Shown here piece after piece: positions 36,020 to 43,340 of a stretch of DNA of 64,000 nt (position 1 is its first letter; every line of letters starts with the position of its first letter). A program made the translations under genes and the position numbers. The notes under the pieces are model-generated. The model saw only the letters and a list, made by a program, of their open reading frames with translations. It was not told the origin of the DNA and searched no databases. The stretch comes from Candidatus Acidiferrales bacterium (lineage in GTDB: Bacteria; Chloroflexota; Dormibacteria; Dormibacterales; Dormibacteraceae), in contig DATKQJ010000027.1 of NCBI GenBank assembly GCA_035532785.1, positions 1,886 to 65,885 on the forward strand, read 5' to 3'.

Positions 36020-36718
36020 TCACGCTGACTTCCGAGCGATCCTCACCCTCCATTCCCTTGGCCCCTCCTGCACGTATTCCCAACTGAATTGACCAGGCTG
36101 GGTCGCCTCCAGCTGGTAATAGAGCGGCTTGGGATCGTGGTCGTTGACCAGGGTCAGGGCCCCGCCGGACGCCATCTCGCCCAGTGTCTCGAAGATGAGT
36201 TCGTGACGGCGCGCCGGTGCCAGGGATCGGACGTCGAGGATCTCCGCGTTCTCACCCGTGCCACCGGTCGGCAACTCGGTCGGCTCAAAGTCGACAGCAC
36301 CCACCCGGTAGTTCACGTGCGAGGCCAGTTGGCCGCCGATGAAACATCGCTCGCGCGCCCGCTCGGCCGCGCCCCCATATTCGGTGGCTCGGGCGGCGTC
36401 GATCCCGCTGAAATTGGGATTGACCACAATGGCGCTGACCCGAGCGCTCGCGCCGGGATGGTCGGAGACGGTCCCTTCGACCTTGACGCCAATGCGGGAG
36501 GCGGGCAGCCGGGCCGCTTCCAGGATGGCGGCCAGGGTGGCCGTATAGCAGGAACCAACGGCACTGAGAAGCAGCTCTTCAGGATTGGTACCAGCCCCAA
36601 GCCCGCCCATGGAGGCCGGAGCCGAGACCTGAACGATCTCGCCGCCAGCATTGACACGGGCCCGACCGAGCCGGCCTCCAGACCAACTTATGTCACTGTG
36701 GAAGTTGAGCTCAGCCAT
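36020..36718 (-). CDS. OsmC-family domain fused to a C-terminal DUF2249 domain
   Basis: The N-terminal ~145 aa are OsmC-like: GTNPEELLLSAVGSCYTATLAAILEAA...RARERCFIGGQL, with two conserved Cys. The C-terminal 80 aa read ILDVRSLAPARRHELIFETLGEMASGGALTLVNDHDPKPLYYQLEATQPGQFSWEYVQEGPREWRVRIARK, the DUF2249 consensus. Confidence 0.85.
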   Translation of the reverse strand: MAELNFHSDISWSGGRLGRARVNAGGEIVQVSAPASMGGLGAGTNPEELLLSAVGSCYTATLAAILEAARLPASRIGVKVEGTVSDHPGASARVSAIVVNPNFSGIDAARATEYGGAAERARERCFIGGQLASHVNYRVGAVDFEPTELPTGGTGENAEILDVRSLAPARRHELIFETLGEMASGGALTLVNDHDPKPLYYQLEATQPGQFSWEYVQEGPREWRVRIARKSA

Positions 36719-36721
36719 GGA

Positions 36722-36973
36722 TTAGGAGCCCGACGTCTTGAAGTAGTCGGCGTTGATCTTGATGAAGTTCGTCCATTCTGCTGGAACCTCGTCCTCCGGA
36801 AAGATCGCGTCGACCGGGCAGGGGTCGACGCAGGCGCCACAGTCGATGCATTCATCCGGATCGATGTAGTACTGGTTGGCGGCATCATCGGTGTGGATGC
36901 AGTCGACCGGACACACCTCAACGCAGGAGGCGTCCTTGACGTCTATGCAGGGTTGGGTGATCACGTAGGCCAT
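36722..36973 (-). CDS. fdxA: 7Fe ferredoxin (3Fe-4S + 4Fe-4S, FdxA-type)
   Basis: MAYVITQPCIDVKDASCVEVCPVDCIH (C-x7-C-x3-CP) plus ECIDCGACVDPCPVDAI (CxxCxxCxxxCP). Only the last 83 codons of track ORF 36722..37615 are credible. Confidence 0.9.
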   Translation of the reverse strand: MAYVITQPCIDVKDASCVEVCPVDCIHTDDAANQYYIDPDECIDCGACVDPCPVDAIFPEDEVPAEWTNFIKINADYFKTSGS

Positions 36974-36977
36974 GGGC

Positions 36978-37853
36978 TTAGGACTCCTTGTGGGAATGGC
37001 CGCTCTCGTCTCCCGAGAGTCGGTGGTAGAGCTGGGTACGCTCCGACGCCGAAAGGCGCGCCAGGAGCGGAACGTAGACCTCGTTCTCCTTGGTGAAATG
37101 GACTTCAAGCAGAGCCTGCAGCCCATAGAGAAGACGGCGAAGCCGCTCTCGGTCGGACTCTGATAGTGTCCCCTGACCGACCTGGCCGAGCTCATCCACC
37201 ATCCGCCCCACGAAACGATGATCGACCGACATGGTTCGGGTCGCGCCGCCCACCGCTCGCAGCACGCTCTCGGCTGCCGGGTAGACCGACTTCTCCTCCT
37301 CCGCGGCGTGCGGGAGCAGGCCGTCGCGTAGAAAGCCCAGTACCTCCGCCAGGCCGGCGCGCAGATCGTCCGCCTCCAGCGAGGTGGCTTTGGCAGCCAG
37401 GTCTCCCAACTCCTCCAGCCGCGGGAAGAGCGCGCCGTGCTCGGAAAGGATGAGCGCCGCCGGGTCGGGGGCCGATGTTTCGTCCGGCCAGGTCCTGTCC
37501 TCGTGGGCGTGGTCGCCGGCCGCCGGCGGTGGGCTGACCACGTTGACCGCCACCAGCCGCCCACCCACGGCCCGCAGGCCGCGCGTCTGACCGGCGCCGA
37601 CCACGGCCACGTCACCGGCTCGAACCGACCGCACCTCGTCTCCGACCATGACCTGTCCGGTGCCTTCGACGATTGTCATCACCAGCCCGAGCGGCGGCGC
37701 GTGGGGTGGGATTTGCTGGCCGTCTTCGAGGGCGGCGACCACGACCCGGAATTGTTGGGTCTCGGCCAGGGTGCGGCGGCCGAAACCCTGGGTTGAGAAT
37801 TCGGCCAGGTCGACGACGCGTCCAACCAGGGCCAGCGCTGGGTCTGACGGCAT
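36978..37853 (-). CDS. cupin domain fused to hemerythrin-like (HHE cation-binding) domain
   Basis: The N-terminal ~110 aa have a cupin-like beta-barrel pattern (VVAALEDGQQIPPHAPPLGLVMTIVEGTGQVMVGDE...AGDVAVVGAG). The C-terminal ~165 aa carry SEH...PHAAEEE...VDH...VHFTKENE, a di-iron hemerythrin H/HxxxE pattern. Confidence 0.85.
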   Translation of the reverse strand: MPSDPALALVGRVVDLAEFSTQGFGRRTLAETQQFRVVVAALEDGQQIPPHAPPLGLVMTIVEGTGQVMVGDEVRSVRAGDVAVVGAGQTRGLRAVGGRLVAVNVVSPPPAAGDHAHEDRTWPDETSAPDPAALILSEHGALFPRLEELGDLAAKATSLEADDLRAGLAEVLGFLRDGLLPHAAEEEKSVYPAAESVLRAVGGATRTMSVDHRFVGRMVDELGQVGQGTLSESDRERLRRLLYGLQALLEVHFTKENEVYVPLLARLSASERTQLYHRLSGDESGHSHKES

Positions 37854-37854
37854 T

Positions 37855-38097
37855 TCAACCTCCCTCGCGGTGGAACACGACTCGAAAATCTCCGCCGCCC
37901 AGCGCGTCGGTCACGTGACCAAAACCCTTCGATTCCAACACCTGATAGAGCGGGATCGGGTCCAGGGGCGCGAGCAGTTCGAAGTCATCGTCCGCTCCCA
38001 ATCCGGCGACGGCCTTCATGATCGCGTCGAAGGGTTCCTCACCAGCAGCCATGATCGGCCTGACGTCCAGCGTTGTCATCGTCCTCTCCGCCTCCAT
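37855..38097 (-). CDS. DUF2249 domain protein (stand-alone)
   Basis: TLDVRPIMAAGEEPFDAIMKAVAGLGADDDFELLAPLDPIPLYQVLESKGFGHV... is a DUF2249-like pattern. Its start abuts the upstream stop and its stop lies 1 nt before the next gene. Confidence 0.75.
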   Translation of the reverse strand: MEAERTMTTLDVRPIMAAGEEPFDAIMKAVAGLGADDDFELLAPLDPIPLYQVLESKGFGHVTDALGGGDFRVVFHREGG

Positions 38098-38427
38098 TCA
38101 AATCCAGCCGATCGCCTCTTTGGCGCGATCACTCATCATCTCCGGTTCCCAGCGTGGCTCCCAGACCAGGTCGACCAGCACCTTATGGACTCCCGGGATC
38201 ATCATCAGGGATCGCTCCACAGCCTCTGGCATGCTGTCGCTCATGGGGCAGCCGGGCGTTGTCAAAGTCATCTCAACCTGAACCTCTCCCGAGTCTGCCT
38301 CGAGTTTGTAGACCAGCCCCAGGTCGACCAGGTTGACCCCCAATTCCGGATCGAGAACCCCTTCGAGCTGTTGCCAGGCCTCGGTCAGGATCAGGTCGTC
38401 GGGTATCCGCAGGCGGGCTTCGGTCAC
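38098..38427 (-). CDS. DUF59 / metal-sulfur cluster assembly factor (SufT/PaaD-like)
   Basis: VLDPELGVNLVDLGLVYKLE...VEMTLTTPGCPMSDSM is the DUF59 signature with the conserved Cys. It has a 4-nt overlap with the upstream membrane-protein gene. Confidence 0.85.
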   Translation of the reverse strand: MTEARLRIPDDLILTEAWQQLEGVLDPELGVNLVDLGLVYKLEADSGEVQVEMTLTTPGCPMSDSMPEAVERSLMMIPGVHKVLVDLVWEPRWEPEMMSDRAKEAIGWI

Positions 38428-39719
38428 GCCGTCGGCTCCAGGGAATCGGCCACGGCACGACCGCTAAGAGCCAGGGGCAGGGCCAAGCGGAAGACGTTCG
38501 CGACCAGGAGTAGAACGCCGCCCGCATAGACCGCGCCAGCGCCGCGCACCAAGGCCGCGTTGACCACCAGGAGGCCACTCAGAACGCCCACAAAACCGGT
38601 CAGGAGCAGTGCGAATGAGGACCAAGCCAGGCGCTCGTCGACCAGCTCCCGGAGCAGCGGCACGGGCCGATCGCCTGCCACGCCGCCGAAGCGATGCAGC
38701 CAGTTCAGGAAGGGCAGAATCTTATACGACTTGCCCGCGACCGCAAAGCCGAACCAACCCGCCAGGGCCGCGAAACCATAGGCCACCACCCAGCTTCGGC
38801 CAGGCTCGCGGCCGGCGGCCAACACCAGGCCCAACGACGCGGCCACCAGCAGCGCCGCCAGCGAGACGAAGGTATGCCACTGCTCAATCGAGAACTGCCT
38901 CCGACGCCGGGTTCGCAGCAGCAATCCCATGTCCAGAACGTGGAGGGCGGCAGAGATGGTGAGAACGGCCGCGAAAGCGCTCACGGCCAAACTTCCGGGA
39001 GCCGCCAGCAGACTCACGACCAGCCCTAGTAGGCCCACATTCCAGAGGCCGAGATTGGCCAGCGTCAAACCTTGGCCATGACCGCGAGCGAGCGCGAAAA
39101 GCTCGGTCAACTTGTAGGAGACGCCCATCAGGGTCAGACCCAACCAGCCCGCCAGACCCAAATGGACGTGGGCGGCCAGCATGGAATTGCTGACGTCAAA
39201 CCACTGGAAGCGCCAGTTGAGGGCGTAGACGAAGCCGAAGGCGATGGTCGCGACCAGCCAGACCAGCCCGGCGATCACGTAGAGCACGGTCGGGTGCCAG
39301 CGTGGAATGGTGGGGACGCTGCGGAACATCTGAACGCAGAAGTGCAGGATTGCCCCGACGGTGAGAGACCCGAAGATGGCGACTCCGCTCGTCCAGTTGA
39401 AGTAGAAACTGGGGATGAAGCCGACGACGCCGGCGCTCAGCACCCAGTAGTTCCAGCGGCCCAGGCGCGGCGAGTGCACGGTTCCGCCGAGGGCGACCGG
39501 AAACAGCTGGTAGAGCGCACCGAACATGGTCATGGTGATCCAGCCCAGCACGGCCAGATGGGTCAGAGCGAAGACCTGGGGATCGTCATTGGTGATGACC
39601 AAGACCGGGGCCAGCCAGACCACACCCAGAGCGAAGAGGGCAAAGGCCACCAGACCGGTGGCCAGATAGCGGCCGGGGAGGTCGGCCCCGGGCGATCGAG
39701 TCGCTTGGACGCCGATCAT
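38424..39719 (-). CDS. 12-TM integral membrane protein, distantly heme-copper-oxidase subunit I-like (function unknown)
   Basis: 431 aa with about 12 hydrophobic helices. The motif GW-x6-G-x2-Y-(Q/K)-(L/I) occurs three times at ~135-aa spacing (helices 2, 6, 10). An AAHVHLG H-x-H occurs in helix 6, with further intramembrane His residues. Confidence 0.7.
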   Translation of the reverse strand: MIGVQATRSPGADLPGRYLATGLVAFALFALGVVWLAPVLVITNDDPQVFALTHLAVLGWITMTMFGALYQLFPVALGGTVHSPRLGRWNYWVLSAGVVGFIPSFYFNWTSGVAIFGSLTVGAILHFCVQMFRSVPTIPRWHPTVLYVIAGLVWLVATIAFGFVYALNWRFQWFDVSNSMLAAHVHLGLAGWLGLTLMGVSYKLTELFALARGHGQGLTLANLGLWNVGLLGLVVSLLAAPGSLAVSAFAAVLTISAALHVLDMGLLLRTRRRRQFSIEQWHTFVSLAALLVAASLGLVLAAGREPGRSWVVAYGFAALAGWFGFAVAGKSYKILPFLNWLHRFGGVAGDRPVPLLRELVDERLAWSSFALLLTGFVGVLSGLLVVNAALVRGAGAVYAGGVLLLVANVFRLALPLALSGRAVADSLEPTA

Positions 39720-39789
39720 GCCAACTGAGTTCGACCGCGAATAATCACTGCCGTTCTAGTATGCATGTTTTTCATCGTACAATTGCTCA
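39720..39789. promoter_or_regulatory. AT-rich divergent promoter/operator region; candidate leaderless start for the ArsR-like gene
   Basis: ttctagtatgcatgtttttcatcgtacaattgctcaATG is strikingly AT-rich for this genome. TACAAT (39778-39783) ends 6 nt before the ATG at 39790, consistent with a leaderless transcript. It contains short palindromes ATGCAT and CAATTG. Confidence 0.35.
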
Positions 39790-40533
39790 ATGCCCGGTGA
39801 CCCCGCCCTCCTGACCCACAAGGCACTTTCCGACGTCAGCCGGTTCCGAATTCTGGAGGACCTGCGCGCGGCGGGGCCGATGGATTCCCGAGAACTCGGC
39901 CGCCGCATCGGTCTACATCCCAACACCGTCCGCTTCCACGTGGAGCAGCTCATCGAGGCCCACCTGGTGCACACCGTCACCGCCCCCATATCGGGACGCG
40001 GGCGCCCACGCGTCCTCTATCAGGCCGAGTCCGATCCCACCGATGAAGAGGAAGGCGGCTATCGACTTCTGGCCCAGATATTGGCCAGCTATCTCGCCAC
40101 CGTCGAGCAACCCAAGGCGGTGGCGGAGAGCGCTGGGCGAGCCTGGGGCGGTTACCTGGCCGCCAAGCCGCAACCCTACTCTGGAATCACTGGTGCCGAG
40201 GCGACGACCAAGATTGTTGAACTGTTCGGAGGGTTGGGCTTCATGCCCGAGGCCGTCGCCGCAGGATCGGATACCCGCGTCTTGCTCCACCGCTGCCCTT
40301 TCCGCGAGGTGGCCCAGTCACACCAGGACGTGGTTTGCGCCGTTCACCTGGGCATGCTGCGGGGCGCGCTGGCGGAGATGGGAGCGCCGCTTGATGCCAC
40401 CGACCTGGAGTCGTTCGTGGAGCCCAATTTATGCATCGCCCACCTATCTGGTCTGGATACCGATGGGCCTGGCTCGGGCGGCGCCAAGCGAACCCCGCCG
40501 ATGCGGTCGCGTTCGTCAGGGTCCGAATTCTAA
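39790..40533 (+). CDS. ArsR/SmtB-like winged-helix transcriptional regulator with C-terminal Cys/His-containing domain
   Basis: LSDVSRFRILEDLRAAGPMDSRELGRRIGLHPNTVRFHVEQLIEAHLV is the ArsR-type HTH. The C-terminal domain contains HRCPFREVAQSHQDVVCAVHLGML. Confidence 0.85.
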   Translation: MPGDPALLTHKALSDVSRFRILEDLRAAGPMDSRELGRRIGLHPNTVRFHVEQLIEAHLVHTVTAPISGRGRPRVLYQAESDPTDEEEGGYRLLAQILASYLATVEQPKAVAESAGRAWGGYLAAKPQPYSGITGAEATTKIVELFGGLGFMPEAVAAGSDTRVLLHRCPFREVAQSHQDVVCAVHLGMLRGALAEMGAPLDATDLESFVEPNLCIAHLSGLDTDGPGSGGAKRTPPMRSRSSGSEF

Positions 40534-40992
40534 CCCGGCCCTAGGACGGCGAAGGCGGCCACGATTTTCCGCCACCACTCCGCCGGGAGCAGTCTCGGCT
40601 GATGGATGTGAGATCCGCCGGGGGTAATCCTCCGATCGCAATTCGCCCTGAGGGCAGCGTCGACAATCGATGTGAGATCGCTTCTACGGCCCATCGCGGA
40701 CCGGCGGCGTGCGCTCTTCAATCGGCAGCAGCCGCCTGCGAACGTTGGGTTCGGGGTCATCCTCGGCAATGCCTCCCGGCACGGTGGGCCGTGGCGGCCG
40801 AGGTGCTGAGCGAGGATGTCGAGAGCAGCTGGGAACTCCACCGGAAGCAAGCCTGGAATCGGAGTTGATCGTCTGCGCTACACCCCGGCCGGTGCCGTAG
40901 GGGGTGGGGGCCGTTTGACAGCCTCGCGGCGGCCTGATAGGTTACTCGGGCAAACGGCTCCGCGATTTGTTGCGCGGGCCGGGGAGGAAAGC

Positions 40993-41905
40993 GTGGCGAG
41001 AGTCGGATTCGTCGGACTCGGGACGATGGGCGGACGGATCGCGAGACGCTTTCTGGATTCAGGGCACGAGGTCCGCGGCTACAACCGGACCCGTGAGCGG
41101 GCGGCCCGGCTTGTGGCCGACGGACTGATCCTTTGCGATTCGCCGCGGCAGGTGGCAGAGGGCAGAGGGCAGAGGGCAGAGGGCAGAGGGCAGCGAGATC
41201 GTCCTGTCGATGGTCACCAACACCAGCGCCCTAGAGGCCGTCACCCTTGGTGAGGAAGGCATCCTCCAAGGCCTCCGAGAGGACCAGATCTACGTCGACA
41301 TGAGCACCGTCTCGCCTGAGGCGAGCGTCAAGATGGCCCTAGCGGTCAGGGAGCTGGGGGCGCACATGCTCGACGCCCCGGTTTCGGGCAGTGTTGAGAC
41401 CCTGGAAGCAGGCAAGCTGTCGATCATGGTGGGGGGCGATCCGGCCGTCTTCAATCGGGCGCGGCCCATCCTCCTCGACGTCGGCCCAGTGGTCAACTAC
41501 GTTGGACCCAACGGTCAGGCGGTGCTGATGAAGGTCGCGGTCAACCTTGGACTTGCCGTGCAGATGCTGGCATTGAGCGAGGCGCTCCTGCTCGCCGAGC
41601 GGGGCGGCATCGACCGCAAGACCGCCTTCCAAGTCCTTTGCGACAGCGTCATCGCCTCACCCATGATCAAGTACCGCGGTCCGTTTGTTTTTGGGCTCCC
41701 CGAGGAGCCCTGGTTCGACGTCCACATGATGCAGAAGGACATGTTGTTGGCCCTGGAGGCGGCGCGCAGGCTCGAAGTTCCGATGCCGACCACCGCGGTC
41801 ACCAACGAGATGCTGACCGCGGCCAGCGGCATGGGCTATGGCGACGAGGACTTCGCCGCCCTATTCCACACCCTGGCCCGCATGTCGGGGGTGCAGGATG
41901 TCTAG
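40993..41905 (+). pseudogene. 3-hydroxyisobutyrate dehydrogenase-family oxidoreductase, frameshifted within a heptanucleotide repeat
   Basis: GTG 40993 (GGGGAGGA upstream) gives VARVGFVGLGTMGGRIARRFLDSGHEVRGYNRT...SPRQVAEG in frame 1. The conserved continuation SEIVLSMVTNTSALEAV...DAPVSGS... is in frame 2 (track ORF 41210..41905). The switch point is the repeat at 41154-41193. Confidence 0.75.
41154..41193. repeat. tandem heptanucleotide repeat (GGCAGAG) x 5.7 inside a coding region
   Basis: ggcagag ggcagag ggcagag ggcagag ggcagag ggcag, counted directly. Removing one unit (7 nt) or four units (28 nt) restores the reading frame. Confidence 0.95.
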
Positions 41906-41973
41906 ATCTCACCACCCCAAACGCCGAGGACGGCGCGCGCGGCTCACGCCGCCATCTCGGAGGGGGTGACCCA

Positions 41974-43278
41974 ATGGGGATGAAGACCAAGACGTTCGGC
42001 ATCAACGGAACCGACTGGGAACAACGGGTTGACTACGACCGGCTCCGCACTCAGCGGCTGGGGAGGGTCAAGCGGCTGCTCCTCGAGTCGGAGATGGGCG
42101 CCCTGCTCTGCTTCGACATGAACAACATCCGCTACATCACCGCCACCCACATCGGTACTTGGGCGACGGACAAGCTGGCGCGGTTCACGCTCCTCCCCCA
42201 GCATGACGAGCCGATCATGTGGGACTTCGGCTCCGCGGCCCGCCACCACAAGCTGTACTGCCCGTGGCTGGGCGACGAGAGGTCGCGGGCGGGGATCTCG
42301 ACCATGCGGGGCGCATTTGCGCCCGGCGCAGGCCGGGCTGAGGACGTCGCCCGCAAGGTGCGCATTGAGCTCGAGCAGCGCGGGCTCCTGGGTGAGCCGC
42401 TCGGGGTAGACGTGGTCGAGCCGCCCGTCCTGTTCGCCCTCCAGGCGGAGGGGATCAAGATCGTCGACGCCCAGCAACTCATGCAGCAGGCACGGATCAT
42501 CAAGACTGAGGACGAGATCACCCTCCTCAGCACCGCCTGCATGATGGTGGACGCTGCTTACGACCATCTTTACGAAGCGCTCCGACCTGGTATTCGCGAG
42601 AACGAGTGCGTGGGTCTTGTCGCCAAGGTGCTCTACGACCTCGGCTCTGAAAACGTGGAGGGCGTCAACGCCATCTCCGGGGAGCGCTGCAGCCCGCACC
42701 CGCACGTCTATACCGACCGGGCGCTGCGGCCTGGCGATCCGGCGTACTTCGACATTCTCCACAGCTTCAACGGCTACCGGACCTGCTACTACCGGACCTT
42801 CGCCGTGGGCAGCGCGTCGCCGGCCTTGGTCGACGCCTACAAACGCTGCCGGTTCCTGCTCGACAACGCCATCAGTCGGATCCGGCCGGGCGTGACGACG
42901 TCCGAGGTGGCCGGAATCTGGCCGGCGGCACCGGAATTCGGCTTCCCCGACGAGGAGGCCGCGTTCGCGCTGCAGTTCGGTCACGGCGTCGGCCTCTCGA
43001 TATGGGAGAAGCCGATCTTCAGCCGACTGGTCTCCCTCGAACACCCGGAGGTGATCGAGGAGGGTATGGTCTTTGCGCTGGAGACCTTCTGGCCGGCCAC
43101 CGATGGCTGGTCTGCGGCGCGGATCGAGGAGCAGCTGGTCGTCACCGCCGACGGCTGCGAGTTGATCACTCGCTTTCCGGCCGAGCAACTGCTCATCTCC
43201 GGCCAGAGCTACCGCACCGCAACCGGTCCGCTTGACACCCTGCGCGAGGTCGAATCGCACCGCAACCGGAAAGACTGA
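41974..43278 (+). CDS. M24 family 'pita-bread' fold protein (Xaa-Pro peptidase/creatinase-like), atypical metal site
   Basis: ATG 41974 (GGAGGGGG upstream). GDPAYFDILHSFNGYRTCYYRTF aligns with the PepP motif ...D.G....GY..D.TRTF. FGHGVGLSIWE, VFALETF and ARIEEQLVVT supply the His, Glu and Glu ligand positions. Confidence 0.85.
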   Translation: MGMKTKTFGINGTDWEQRVDYDRLRTQRLGRVKRLLLESEMGALLCFDMNNIRYITATHIGTWATDKLARFTLLPQHDEPIMWDFGSAARHHKLYCPWLGDERSRAGISTMRGAFAPGAGRAEDVARKVRIELEQRGLLGEPLGVDVVEPPVLFALQAEGIKIVDAQQLMQQARIIKTEDEITLLSTACMMVDAAYDHLYEALRPGIRENECVGLVAKVLYDLGSENVEGVNAISGERCSPHPHVYTDRALRPGDPAYFDILHSFNGYRTCYYRTFAVGSASPALVDAYKRCRFLLDNAISRIRPGVTTSEVAGIWPAAPEFGFPDEEAAFALQFGHGVGLSIWEKPIFSRLVSLEHPEVIEEGMVFALETFWPATDGWSAARIEEQLVVTADGCELITRFPAEQLLISGQSYRTATGPLDTLREVESHRNRKD

Positions 43279-43340
43279 GCGGTGGAGCTTGAGGCGATCA
43301 TGCCCGCCGACCCCGGACATCAGTCTGCCAGGAGCGGGCG

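Noticed and set aside
36974-37615. N-terminal ~210 codons of track ORF 36722..37615
   Set aside because: Only the last 83 codons (MAYVITQPC..., the 7Fe ferredoxin) are credible. The upstream part is an out-of-frame overlap with the cupin-hemerythrin gene and is Arg/Trp/Pro-rich.
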